DNA of 64,000 bases from an uncultured bacterium (GTDB lineage: Bacteria > Planctomycetota > UBA1135 > GCA-002686595): assembly GCA_943787795.1 (NCBI GenBank), contig CALSNU010000001.1, positions 416,001-480,000 on the forward strand, read 5' to 3'. A program made the translations under genes and the position numbers. The notes under the pieces were generated by a model. The model was not told the origin of the DNA. It did not search any database and saw only the letters and a program-made list of their open reading frames with translations. Shown here piece after piece: positions 32,672-42,449 of the stretch; positions within the stretch are counted from its first letter, which is position 1; each line of letters starts with the position of its first letter.

Positions 32672-33823
32672 TCAGAACGACCAGCTCACCCCGACCGTCG
32701 TCCTGAAGTCGTCGGGCAGCGGGACCACGCCGCTCGCGTTGGCGGCGGGCTCGTTGACCCGGTCCCAGACAAAGGACACGTCGAGCTCGAGGTCGTCCGT
32801 CAGGTCGACGGAGAGGGACGTCACCATGTTGTGGTTGTTCGCCGCCGTGTCCGGGAAGGGGACCGTCAGGCTGTAGTTCCAGTTCAGCTCGATGTTGGAC
32901 GTGATGTCCCAGTCGAACTCGCTCGAGAGCACGCCGGCAAAGGTGTCCTGGGTGGAGCCCTCGCTGGTCGCCCCGGCGTCGAGCCGGGTGCTCTGATAGG
33001 CCGGGCCAGCGCTCACCCGGAGCTTCTGGTCCAGCGTGTCGACCACCTTGTAGCCGAGCGCCGCGTAAGGCCGGGTCCGCAGGTCGATGTTCTGGACCCT
33101 GTCCCGGTAGAACTCGATCCCCGGGAGCGTCACGAAGGTCCGCTCCGTCAGGTAGAGGTCGAGGGTCGAGGTCAGGCGGTGGTTGTTGGCGGTCTCCACG
33201 TCCTGGACCGTGCTGATCACGCCCGAGTACTTCGCCTGGGCCCGGGAGCGCGCGCGCTCGAGGAGGACGGTCGCCCCGCCGGTGAGGTCGACCTGGTCGG
33301 TGTTGCCTGACCTGGCGGCGAAGCCGAGGTCCAGGCTCCCCGACAGCCGCCCCTTGTCACTGTCGCCGGCCGCCACCACGGCCAGCAGGTCGGACCGGTC
33401 GATCTGTACCGTCCTGTCGCCCACCACCCAGACCTTCTGCCCGTCCATGACCAGCCGCCCGGAGAAGACGCGGTTGTCGTCGGTCACCACGAAGTCGGTC
33501 TGGGCCGAGTGGATCTTGGTGACGTCGTCCCGGTCGAACGTCTGGAGGTCGAGCTTGTCGCTGTCAAAGTCGAGGCTGTCGTCCCGGACTCGCAGGAGTT
33601 CGCCGCGCAGCCACTCGCCGGAGACAAGCTGAATCCAGTCCGCGCCGTCGTTGGTATCCACCGCTTGCGGGCCCTCGGGGACGGCGTCGGTGGGGGGCGG
33701 CTCCAGGTTGGCGTCGCTGGGGCTCCGGGCCCGCTCGAGCAGGTCGGGCACCTTGCAGGCCGGGGTCCAGATCAGGGCGGAGGCCAGCGCGAACCGTCCC
33801 AAGAGGGGGAGGCCCGAGGTCAC
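32672..33823 (-). CDS. DUF481/YdiY-type outer membrane beta-barrel protein
   Basis: G...RSGNTD, amphipathic strands, C-terminal VGVSWSF. Confidence 0.82.
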   Translation of the reverse strand: MTSGLPLLGRFALASALIWTPACKVPDLLERARSPSDANLEPPPTDAVPEGPQAVDTNDGADWIQLVSGEWLRGELLRVRDDSLDFDSDKLDLQTFDRDDVTKIHSAQTDFVVTDDNRVFSGRLVMDGQKVWVVGDRTVQIDRSDLLAVVAAGDSDKGRLSGSLDLGFAARSGNTDQVDLTGGATVLLERARSRAQAKYSGVISTVQDVETANNHRLTSTLDLYLTERTFVTLPGIEFYRDRVQNIDLRTRPYAALGYKVVDTLDQKLRVSAGPAYQSTRLDAGATSEGSTQDTFAGVLSSEFDWDITSNIELNWNYSLTVPFPDTAANNHNMVTSLSVDLTDDLELDVSFVWDRVNEPAANASGVVPLPDDFRTTVGVSWSF

Positions 33824-34941
33824 CGGTCGCCCCTGTGAAAGGCGCGGACGATGGAGGTCGCGTCGCCGGAGCTCAGCCCCTTCTTCGGGTGATAAAGGAC
33901 CGTCCGTTGCCGGGGACCGGAGGCGTCCTCGTTCAGCGTGTCCACCACGGTGAAGCCGACGCCGTCGGAGGTGACGCGGGCGCCGTCTCCCGAGCCCGGC
34001 GGGTTGAACTTGCCGCCCGGGGCGGGGAAGCCCTGGAAGGTGATGCTCTCGTCACCGGAGAGCTGGAGGTCGCGCAGGATCAGCGCGTCGTCGCCGGCCG
34101 CCACGATGGCCACCTGCTCCTCCAACCGTGCCTCGCCCTCGGCCCCTGTGACGCTGAACTGCTGGAGGATGCTGCGCCCCATGAGCTCGGTCCTTCGCAG
34201 CCGCTTCGGGAGCGGAGTGGCCTCCCCACGGACCGCGAGGGCGCCCGGGTCCTCGGCCTCCGGTGAGGGGGGCTGCCAGAGGACCTCGCCGCGGGCCGTG
34301 ATCGAACGGCCGCCGCGGCGCCAGTCGTCGCGGGAGACCGCGCCCTCCGCTCGGATGGCGACCACGCTCCAGTTGTCGCGGGCGTACTGGATCGAGGGCC
34401 CCTCGGGGAACCTGATGAGCCGGCTGGGGTGGAGGCCCAGGTCACCCGTGGGGGCGCTCTCGGGGAGCCCGGGCGCCATCAACGGCCCGTCGAGGACCTC
34501 GGGGCGATCCGCGGCCTCGGCGAGGCACTCCTGCGCGGTGGGCGCCGTCCCCGCCGGACCGAGAGCGAGCACGTGCCGGGCGAGCACGCTGCGCTCGTGT
34601 TCGGTGAGGGAGTCGGCGAAGGACGGCATGGCCGTCCCTGGGATGCCTCGCTTGAGCGTCCGGGTGACCGCGGCGATGGTGTTGCCGTAGATATAGCCGC
34701 CCTCAACGAAGCTCCGCGCGGGCCGCTCCAGCTCGGTGACTCCGTTGCCGTCGCCGCGCTCGCCGTGGCACTGGGCGCAGTGCAGGGCGTACAGCTCGGA
34801 GGTGCTCTTGGGCGCTGGCCGCGCAGACACCGCGAGCCCGGCGGGGAGCTCGGCGGTCGGCGTCATGGCCGTGCTCACGTGGACCGCGGTCGCGACGGCG
34901 ACCACGGCGGCTGCGGTGAGGACGATGCGGGGGAGGACCAT
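33820..34941 (-). CDS. monoheme cytochrome c with a C-terminal domain of unknown function
   Basis: LY..HCAQCHG..GDG.G, GIPGTAMPSF (Met ligand); N-terminal anchor; start placed at MVLPR. Confidence 0.85.
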   Translation of the reverse strand: MVLPRIVLTAAAVVAVATAVHVSTAMTPTAELPAGLAVSARPAPKSTSELYALHCAQCHGERGDGNGVTELERPARSFVEGGYIYGNTIAAVTRTLKRGIPGTAMPSFADSLTEHERSVLARHVLALGPAGTAPTAQECLAEAADRPEVLDGPLMAPGLPESAPTGDLGLHPSRLIRFPEGPSIQYARDNWSVVAIRAEGAVSRDDWRRGGRSITARGEVLWQPPSPEAEDPGALAVRGEATPLPKRLRRTELMGRSILQQFSVTGAEGEARLEEQVAIVAAGDDALILRDLQLSGDESITFQGFPAPGGKFNPPGSGDGARVTSDGVGFTVVDTLNEDASGPRQRTVLYHPKKGLSSGDATSIVRAFHRGDR

Positions 34942-34984
34942 GGGCCCCCAGATTAGCTCCGAAGCGCCGGGCTTGCTGCCCTGA

Positions 34985-35584
34985 TCAGGCCTCGCCGCGC
35001 GCCATCTCGACGGCGCGCAGGCCCTGCTCGAGGTGACGGTCGGTGTGGGCGACGAGGTACGACCACATGTCGCCCATCCGCAGGCGGAGGAACGGACCGA
35101 GCAGCGTGTTCGAGCGCGCGTGGAGGTCAATCCCCTCGCAGCGCTCCAGGAGTCTCACCATGCGATCAAGCTGAGCCCCGTAGCGCTGAAGTGTCGCAGC
35201 GACCGGGATCTGCTCCGGGTCTCGCAGCGGGTCGTACCGGCCGAGGGTCGGCCCCTTGAAGCGGATCCGCGGCGGGGCGGCGTGGCCCCGCGCTGGTGTC
35301 GGCGCGAGGGCTGCGCAGATGCGGCGGCCCAGGGCGCCGGGGCGATACTCACCTACGGGGGACAGGCCGCGCTGCTCGGCGCGCGCCACGGCCCTCTCCA
35401 TGTGGTGGAGGTACATGTCGTTGGCCCGCCCGATGTGTTCGAGGCAGTCCGCGGCGCTCCACGCGCGCGAGGAGGGGCGCTGCTCGAGGGTCCCCTCGGG
35501 CAGCGCCTTCCAGTCCCTGAGCGTCACCTCACGGTGCCGCTCGAGGTCAGCGTGAAGAGCGGCGAGGGCGTCCGCGGTCCGCAT
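34985..35584 (-). CDS. DinB-family protein
   Basis: WSAADCLEHI and HTDRHLEQ motifs. Confidence 0.85.
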   Translation of the reverse strand: MRTADALAALHADLERHREVTLRDWKALPEGTLEQRPSSRAWSAADCLEHIGRANDMYLHHMERAVARAEQRGLSPVGEYRPGALGRRICAALAPTPARGHAAPPRIRFKGPTLGRYDPLRDPEQIPVAATLQRYGAQLDRMVRLLERCEGIDLHARSNTLLGPFLRLRMGDMWSYLVAHTDRHLEQGLRAVEMARGEA

Positions 35585-35600
35585 GGGCTCCTGCGCGGTC

Positions 35601-36071
35601 TCAGGCGCGCATGCGCCAGACCGAATCGACCTCGGGCACGCCGGGCCACTGCTCGGCTGCGAGCGCGAGGTAGAGCGTCACGTCGGCGGGGTCGTACTTC
35701 CCGTCGAGGTCCGCCACCGTGCTCGAGATCTTGTCGGCGGCGGGCTTGGATTCCTCGACGCTCTTGATCATCCCGTCCTCGTGCTCGACGTCGGTGCCGT
35801 CGAGGAAGTCGGTGACGATGTCCTTCGCGTTCTTCATGAGGTAGCTGCCGAAGAGCTCGTAGCAGAGCTCCGCGTTGCCGCCGCGCACGAGGATCGAGTG
35901 CGCCGTCTTGGACCGCTTGGCGAAGGGGAGCTTGCGGATCGCGTGGGGCCGGAACTTGAGGGCCTGGGCGACCTCCCCGTCCAGCGGGCCGAAGCCGTCC
36001 TGCGCGAGTGACTCGTAGATCTGGAGGAAGCGCTCCTCCTTCATCTTCTTCAGCTGTTCGATGACCTGCAT
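35601..36071 (-). CDS. hypothetical soluble protein
   Basis: Strong GC3 codon bias; AGGA upstream of ATG 36071; FLD...EH.DG segment. Confidence 0.75.
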   Translation of the reverse strand: MQVIEQLKKMKEERFLQIYESLAQDGFGPLDGEVAQALKFRPHAIRKLPFAKRSKTAHSILVRGGNAELCYELFGSYLMKNAKDIVTDFLDGTDVEHEDGMIKSVEESKPAADKISSTVADLDGKYDPADVTLYLALAAEQWPGVPEVDSVWRMRA

Positions 36072-36155
36072 GGTGCTCTGTCCTGTCGGCGTATGGAGCG
36101 CCGAAACGGGCCGAGAGATTACCAACCAGCGTCGCGGAGTGCGCAGAATGACGTC

Positions 36156-36941
36156 ATGGAGCCCAGATCATCCCACCCCGTCCAGCCGGCGGCGCCCAAT
36201 CGCTTCACCCGCGCGGAAGCGACCTTCGCTGCGCTCTCGTCCCTGTTCGTGGTCACCCTCGTGCTCACCAATGTGATCGGAACCAAGCTCTTTCAGCTCC
36301 CCGTCCCCGGGTTCCTCGAGGGGCTCGCAGGCGGCCCAACGGTGACATTGACATCGGGGATCATCACCTACCCCGTGACCTTCCTGCTGACCGATACGGT
36401 CGCGGAAATCTGGGGCCATCAGCGGGCGCGCTTCATGGTCTGGGCCGGCTTCCTCATGAGCTTCCTCATGCTCGGGATCCTCCAGCTCGCGATCCACCTG
36501 CCCCCGTCCCCGATCTGGATGGTGGAGGGCTTCGGCTTCGAGGACCACCTCGGCATGCAGAACGCGTTCCACGCGACGTTCTCGGCGCCGGGCGTCCTGC
36601 TGGCCTCCTCGATGACCGCGTACCTCGTGGCCCAGCTCTTCGACGTGAAGCTCTACCACTTCTGGTGGAGGGTCACCGGGGGCAAGCACCTCTGGCTGCG
36701 CAACAACGGCTCCACCTGGATCAGCCAGCTCGTGGACACGAGCATCGTCAACTCGATCTTCCTGCGCTTCGGGCTGGGCCTCGAGTGGGAGCCGATCATG
36801 GCGATCATCGCGGCCAACTACCTGGTCAAGGTGGTCCTGGCCGTGGTCGATACGCCCCTGATCTACGCGTCGCGCATGGGCCTCGAGAGGTGGCTGGGCA
36901 TCGAGCATGACCCCAGCCGCGCCGAGGCGCCGCTCGCCTGA
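36156..36941 (+). CDS. yhhQ: queuosine precursor transporter (YhhQ/DUF165)
   Basis: YPVTFLLTD..AEIWG, SMTAYLVAQLFDV, LWLRNNGSTWISQLVDT, DTPLIY. Confidence 0.92.
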   Translation: MEPRSSHPVQPAAPNRFTRAEATFAALSSLFVVTLVLTNVIGTKLFQLPVPGFLEGLAGGPTVTLTSGIITYPVTFLLTDTVAEIWGHQRARFMVWAGFLMSFLMLGILQLAIHLPPSPIWMVEGFGFEDHLGMQNAFHATFSAPGVLLASSMTAYLVAQLFDVKLYHFWWRVTGGKHLWLRNNGSTWISQLVDTSIVNSIFLRFGLGLEWEPIMAIIAANYLVKVVLAVVDTPLIYASRMGLERWLGIEHDPSRAEAPLA

Positions 36942-36960
36942 CCGGAGGGGCCGGCGGGCC

Positions 36961-37410
36961 TCAGCCCATCCCGTCGATGGTCAGGACCCGGGCCCGGAAG
37001 CGAGCGGGCTGGCCGGCGAGCGGGTGGTTCGCGTCGAGGATCACCGCGTCCGGGTTGACCTCGATGATCAGCGCGTCGATCTCGGCGGTGCCGTCCTGAT
37101 CGTCCTCCACCGTGACGGCCACGGCGATTCCCTTCTCCAGCTGGAGGTCTTCGGGGAAGTCCTCGCGCGGAACGGAGACGATGGCCTGGGGGTCGTGGGG
37201 GCCGAACGCCTCACCGGCTGGGCAGGTCACGTCGAGGGCGCCGCCCACCTCGAGGCCGGTGAGCGCCTCCTCGACGGTCGGCGGGAGCTCTCCGTCGCCG
37301 ACCCGGACCTCGAGAGCTTCACCCTCGGCCGTCGTCTCGAGGATCTCTCCTTCTCCGTCCATGAGGTCGATCTCGAGCTCAACCAGGGATCCTTGTTTGA
37401 TGGTCGTCAT
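36961..37410 (-). CDS. slyD: FKBP-type peptidyl-prolyl isomerase, SlyD-like (no His-rich tail)
   Basis: EEALTG..VG, P.GEAFG, LDANHPLAGQ. Confidence 0.9.
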   Translation of the reverse strand: MTTIKQGSLVELEIDLMDGEGEILETTAEGEALEVRVGDGELPPTVEEALTGLEVGGALDVTCPAGEAFGPHDPQAIVSVPREDFPEDLQLEKGIAVAVTVEDDQDGTAEIDALIIEVNPDAVILDANHPLAGQPARFRARVLTIDGMG

Positions 37411-39424
37411 GGGGGGGGGTAGCCCTCTCGGGCGGTGCTTTGGGTGGGGCGGCTTGCGGCCCGGACTGGGGTGGAGGGGTGGCGGGGACCAGGGTGTCCC
37501 GCGAGTGAGCGTGGGCCGGGGGACGCAGGTAGGTGTAGCCCGCCAGGGCGTCCTCGTATCGGCGCCAGAACAGCGCAGATTCCTCGTAGGTGAGGCGCCC
37601 GGCCTGGAGGGCGTCCTCCACGTGGCCGCGCAGCGAGCGCAGGAGGTCGGCCTCGGAGTAGTCGACGTACTCGAGCACCTCGCGGACGCGGTCGCCGCGC
37701 AGGACGTGGGTGAGCTTCGAGCGGCCCGCCTCGTCGAGGTCCACGTGCACGATGTTCGTGTCCCCGAACAGGTTGTGCATGTCCCCGAGGATTTCCTGGT
37801 AGGCGCCGACCAGGAAGAAGCCCATGAAGTACGCCTCGTCCGGCTGCTGCTCGTGCACCTCGAGGGTGTGCTTGACCCCGCGCAGGTCGATGAACTTCTG
37901 GATCGTGCCGTCGGAGTCGCAGGTCAGGTCCGCGAGCACCGTGCGGCGGCGCGGCTCCTCGTCCAGCCGCTGGATGGGCAAGACGGGGAACATCTGCCCG
38001 ATGGCCCAGGCGTCGGGCAGGGACTGGAACACCGACATGTTCAGGAACATCGTGTCCGCGAGGGCCTTCTCCAGGTCGTCGAGGTCCTCGGGCGCGTACT
38101 CGATCTTCCGGGCCGTGTTGAGGACGGCGCGGCAGGCCCGCCAGAAGTGCTCCTCGACCTGGGCGCGCTCGTCCAGTCCGAGCTGGCCCGTGTTGAACAG
38201 GAGCATGGCCTGCTCCCGGAGGTCGAGGGCGTCGTGGTAGACCTCGAGGTACTTGCGGGGCGTGACCATGGCCGGGAGCTCCGCCATGGACTGGACCACC
38301 TCGGGGGCGTCCTGGGCCACCGGGGCGGTCTCGTCGCAGGGGTCGAAGGTGGTCACGCCCACGGCCTCCGCGATCAGCACAGCGTGGTGGGCCACGAGGG
38401 CACGACCGGACTCCGTCACAATGGTGGGGGCCGGGATCCCGTTCTCCTGGACGGCCTCCGCGAGGGCGTAGACGACGTCGTTGGCGTACTCCTGGAGGGA
38501 GTAGTTCTTGCTCGACTCGAAGTCGGTGCAGGAGCCGTCGTAGTCGATACCCAGGCCGCCCCCCGCGTCGAACCACCGGATGCTGGCGCCCAGGCGGGTG
38601 AGGCCCACGAGGATGTTGGTGGCCTCGCGCATGGCGTGCTTGATCGAGCGAATGTGCGTGATCTGGCTGCCGATGTGGAAGTGCAGTAGCTCGAGGCAGT
38701 CCAGCATCTGCTCCTCGCGCAGGACCTCGACCAGCTGCACGATCTCGCGCGTGGTGAGCCCGAACTTGGAGCGGTCGCCGACCGAGTCCTGCCAGCGACC
38801 CGAGGAGCGGAAGGAGAGCTTGCAGCGCACGCCGATACGCGGACGGATCTCCAGGCTGCGGGCGGCCTCGATGATGGTGCGGAGCTCGGTGAACTTCTCG
38901 ACCACGATGATCGGCGTGATCCCGAGCTTCGAGGAGAGCATCGCGGTCTCCACGTACTCGGCGTCCTTGTAGCCGTTGCAGATCATCAGCGCATGCTCGC
39001 CGGCCTCGAGGGCGATGCCGGCGATGAGCTCGGGCTTGCTGCCGACCTCGAGCCCCATGCCGAAGCGGCGGCCCTCGCTCATGAGCGTCTCGACCACCGA
39101 GCGCTCCTGGTTGACCTTGATCGGGAACACGCCCCGGTAGGGCGCCTCGTACCCGTACTCCTCGCGGGCGTTCTGGAAGGCCGCGTTCAGGTCGCGCACG
39201 CGCGCGCGAAGCAGCCCGTCGAAGCGCAGCAGCAGCGGCGTCGAGACGCCGCGGCGTCGGATCTGGGCGACGAGCTCGAAGAGGTCGATGCCGGGCCCCG
39301 GGTCGTCGGCGGTGGCCTCGGGGTGGACCTGGACGCGGCCCGCGTCGCTGACCCGCACGTACGGACGACCCCACTTCTCGACGAGGTAGAGGTCCGCGCT
39401 CTGTTCGGGGGTCCAGTGGGTCAT
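37379..39424 (-). CDS. speA: biosynthetic arginine decarboxylase
   Basis: VFPIKVNQ, GLEVGSKPEL, CNGYKD, LHFHIGSQI, GGGLGIDYDG, DLTCDSDG, GAYQEILGDMHNLFGD; start placed at MTHW. Confidence 0.96.
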   Translation of the reverse strand: MTHWTPEQSADLYLVEKWGRPYVRVSDAGRVQVHPEATADDPGPGIDLFELVAQIRRRGVSTPLLLRFDGLLRARVRDLNAAFQNAREEYGYEAPYRGVFPIKVNQERSVVETLMSEGRRFGMGLEVGSKPELIAGIALEAGEHALMICNGYKDAEYVETAMLSSKLGITPIIVVEKFTELRTIIEAARSLEIRPRIGVRCKLSFRSSGRWQDSVGDRSKFGLTTREIVQLVEVLREEQMLDCLELLHFHIGSQITHIRSIKHAMREATNILVGLTRLGASIRWFDAGGGLGIDYDGSCTDFESSKNYSLQEYANDVVYALAEAVQENGIPAPTIVTESGRALVAHHAVLIAEAVGVTTFDPCDETAPVAQDAPEVVQSMAELPAMVTPRKYLEVYHDALDLREQAMLLFNTGQLGLDERAQVEEHFWRACRAVLNTARKIEYAPEDLDDLEKALADTMFLNMSVFQSLPDAWAIGQMFPVLPIQRLDEEPRRRTVLADLTCDSDGTIQKFIDLRGVKHTLEVHEQQPDEAYFMGFFLVGAYQEILGDMHNLFGDTNIVHVDLDEAGRSKLTHVLRGDRVREVLEYVDYSEADLLRSLRGHVEDALQAGRLTYEESALFWRRYEDALAGYTYLRPPAHAHSRDTLVPATPPPQSGPQAAPPKAPPERATPPHDDHQTRIPG

Positions 39425-39551
39425 GGGGGAGGGAGGCCTCGAGGGTGGGTGGCCTCGCAGGTCGGGCGGCCAAGGATAGCGGCGCCGTGAGCGGGGGGTG
39501 GTCGCCAGTGTTTTTCTGATGGAGCCGAGGGTCCCTAGGTATGGTCTGAGA

Positions 39552-41048
39552 ATGACTCGAATTCGCATGACGCGCTCCATGAGCGCCCTCTTGAAGGGCG
39601 CCGACGCCCTGCTCGTGGTGGCCCCCAAGGCCCGCTTCGAGGACGGCTCGTTCCTCGACTGCCTCCCGGAGCCGCTGATGCGGCTGGCCCTCGACCTCGC
39701 GAGCGACCTGGAGCCGGGCCGGAACGGGCTCGCAGCCGGGACGCTGACGGGGGAGGCGCCTCGGAAGCTGGCGGTCGGAGTGCTCCCGGACGAGGTCTCC
39801 CGGCACAACTCTCCGGCGCGTGCGGAGGCCATCCGGCGCGTCGTGGCCCAGTCCAGCACGGGCCGCAAGGGCTCCGCGGCGATCCTGCTGGTCCTCGATG
39901 ACGCCGAGCACTTCACGGCCGCCATGGGGGCCGTGGGCAAGGCGCTCCCGCTCTACCGCAAGCCTGCGCGCCTGACGGCGACCGGCCGGCCGGGCAAGCC
40001 CGCCGCCGAGCCCAAGCTCAGCGTCATGGCCATCGGGCCGGACGATCAATCCATCGCGCCGCCCAAGACGATCATGCCCACGGTGGACGGTGCCAGGCTC
40101 GCGGCCCGCCTCGTGGACGTGCCGCCCACCGAGCTCAACCCCAAGGCCTTCCAGGCCGAGGCCCAGAAGCTCCTGCGGGGCGTGACCGGGGTGACTCGCA
40201 AGGCGATCGTCGGGGACGCGCTCCTGAAGGCGGGCCTGGGTGGGATCCACGGCGTCGGCCGTACCGCGCTCGAGGCGCCGCGCATGCTGGTCTACACGTA
40301 CACGCCGACCGCGAAGAGCCGCGCCAAGCGGCACATCGCGCTGGTGGGCAAGGGCGTGACCTATGACACCGGCGGCCTCTCCCTGAAGATCAGCGGCGGC
40401 ATGGTCGGCATGAAGGCCGACATGGGCGGCGCGGCGGCGGTGCTCGGCGCCTTCCACTCCCTCGTGAAGGGCGGCGCGCCCTGCAAGGTCAGCGCGGTCA
40501 TCTGCCTCGCCGAGAACGCCATTGGCCCCGCGGCGGTCAAGCCCGACGACGTGCTGCGCATGCACAGCGGGATGACCGTGGAGATCAACAACACGGACGC
40601 GGAGGGGCGCCTGCTCCTCGCGGACGGGGTGAGCTACGCCGCGCGCAACCTCAAGGCGGACACGGTCATCGACATCGCGACCCTGACGGGGGCGCAGGGC
40701 GTCGCCACAGGCGCCATGCATGGCGCGTTGATCGCCAGCGACGAGGACCTCGAGCGGACGATCTTCGCGGCGGGCCGCGCCTGCGGTGACCTCGTGCACC
40801 CGATCCCCTACGCGCCGGAGTTCTACCGGGACGAGTTCAAGAGTCAGATCGCCGACATGAAGAACTCCGTGGCGAACCGCATGAACGCCCAATCCAGCTG
40901 CGCGGGCGAGTTCGTCCACTGGCACCTCGACGGGACCGACGCTCGCTGGGCGCACGTCGACATGGCCTTCCCCGCCGTCCGCGGCGGCCGCGGCACTGGC
41001 TATGGCGTCGCCCTCCTCACCCAGGCCGTCCGAGACCTCGCCTCATGA
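39552..41048 (+). CDS. M17 leucyl aminopeptidase family, NPEPL1-like
   Basis: GKGVTYDTGGLSLK, MKADMGG, NNTDAEGRL, ATLTGAQ; N-domain SRHNSP. Confidence 0.92.
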   Translation: MTRIRMTRSMSALLKGADALLVVAPKARFEDGSFLDCLPEPLMRLALDLASDLEPGRNGLAAGTLTGEAPRKLAVGVLPDEVSRHNSPARAEAIRRVVAQSSTGRKGSAAILLVLDDAEHFTAAMGAVGKALPLYRKPARLTATGRPGKPAAEPKLSVMAIGPDDQSIAPPKTIMPTVDGARLAARLVDVPPTELNPKAFQAEAQKLLRGVTGVTRKAIVGDALLKAGLGGIHGVGRTALEAPRMLVYTYTPTAKSRAKRHIALVGKGVTYDTGGLSLKISGGMVGMKADMGGAAAVLGAFHSLVKGGAPCKVSAVICLAENAIGPAAVKPDDVLRMHSGMTVEINNTDAEGRLLLADGVSYAARNLKADTVIDIATLTGAQGVATGAMHGALIASDEDLERTIFAAGRACGDLVHPIPYAPEFYRDEFKSQIADMKNSVANRMNAQSSCAGEFVHWHLDGTDARWAHVDMAFPAVRGGRGTGYGVALLTQAVRDLAS

Positions 41049-42436
41049 TCTTCATTAGCACCGTCATTGGCGCCACCCTGGCGCTCGCCCCGGGCGCCAC
41101 TCTGCAGCCCTCCGACCTCGCCGCGGCGGAGCCCGGCCCGGCCCCTGGGGGCTGGGTGAGCCTCTTCGACGGCAAGACCCTCGAAGGCTGGACCGAGAAG
41201 GGCGGCCGCTATGACGGCGACGCCGACTGGACCGTGGAGGACGGCGCCATCGTGGGCCGCGAGGCCGAGGGCGCCCAGGGCGGGCTGCTCTACACCGACG
41301 GGATGTACGCCGACTACGAGTTCGAGTGCGACGTGAAGGTCACGGCGCCCTTCGACAGCGGCATCTTCGTCCGCATGCTGCCCAAGCAGCGGGGCGCCCA
41401 GTTCACGATCGATGACCGCCCCGGCGGCAGCATCTGCGGCGTCTACTCCGACGGCTGGCTCTACAAGGAGACGGGCGGGAGTCAGGCCTGGCGCAGCGGC
41501 GAGTGGTGCCACATGCGGGTGCGCTGCGTGGGCGATCCCATGCACCTGATGGCCTGGATCGACGGCGAGTGCGTCCTGGACTACCGCATCCCCGCGGGGC
41601 TCAGCCCCTTCGCGCGCTCGGGCCGAATCGGGATCCAGGTCCACGGCGGCCGGGACGACCCGGAGGACGCGGCGGTCCGCTTCAAGAACCTGCGGGTGCG
41701 CGAGGTGCCCGCTGGAGCGGACCAGGCTTTCACCCGGGCCGACGACGGCACCATGGCCCTCACGGCCGTGGGGGAGGCTTCGGGCTGGACGAGCCTGTTC
41801 AACGGAGCAGACCTGACGGGCTGGGTCCCGGCGGGTGGCGTGGAGTCGGCCATGGACGACGCGGCGTGGGCCCGCGCGGGCTATCGGGTGCAGGGTGGCG
41901 AGCTGCAGGGGCTGATGCGAGGCAACGCCGGTCACATCCGCACGTCACGCATGGACTTCGACGACTTCGAGTACCGCATGGACTTCAAGATCTCCCGGCT
42001 GTGTAACTCGGGCCTCTACCTCCGCTCGACCGAGGAGGGGAACCCGTCGTTCAATGGCTGCGAGGTCCAGATCCTCGACGACTTCAACTGGGAGGCAGCG
42101 AGCGGCAGCAAGCTGGCGCCCTACCAGTTCACTGGTGGGCTCTATGGGGCTCAGGCGCCCTCGAAGTCGGCGCTCAACCCCATCGGCGAGTGGAACACCT
42201 ACCAGGTCAACTGCGTGGGGCCGCGCATGCAGTGCGCCCTCAACGGGGTGATCCTGTGGGACGTGGACACGAGCACCATCAAGCCCAAGCAGGGCGAGCC
42301 CTTCGCCCAGCGCGCGAAGCGCGGCTTCATTGGCATGCAGCGTCACGGGGCGGCCGGGAAGACGGACTCCGACGTGGGCGTGGCCTTCCGCAACATCTTC
42401 GTCCGTGACCTCGAGGTCTCGGGCGGGACGGAGTGA
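41045..42436 (+). CDS. secreted tandem DUF1080 (3-keto-disaccharide hydrolase-like) protein
   Basis: Two copies of W.SLF(D/N)G..L.GW ... (D/N)SG ... G.IG.Q.H ... F(K/R)N. Confidence 0.9.
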   Translation: MIFISTVIGATLALAPGATLQPSDLAAAEPGPAPGGWVSLFDGKTLEGWTEKGGRYDGDADWTVEDGAIVGREAEGAQGGLLYTDGMYADYEFECDVKVTAPFDSGIFVRMLPKQRGAQFTIDDRPGGSICGVYSDGWLYKETGGSQAWRSGEWCHMRVRCVGDPMHLMAWIDGECVLDYRIPAGLSPFARSGRIGIQVHGGRDDPEDAAVRFKNLRVREVPAGADQAFTRADDGTMALTAVGEASGWTSLFNGADLTGWVPAGGVESAMDDAAWARAGYRVQGGELQGLMRGNAGHIRTSRMDFDDFEYRMDFKISRLCNSGLYLRSTEEGNPSFNGCEVQILDDFNWEAASGSKLAPYQFTGGLYGAQAPSKSALNPIGEWNTYQVNCVGPRMQCALNGVILWDVDTSTIKPKQGEPFAQRAKRGFIGMQRHGAAGKTDSDVGVAFRNIFVRDLEVSGGTE

Positions 42437-42449
42437 CGGAGCGCTCGGG

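Noticed and set aside
37407..40955. 1182-aa minus-strand ORF
   Set aside because: Shadow frame of speA and antisense to the aminopeptidase; Arg/Pro/Gly-rich with no motifs, typical of high-GC artefacts
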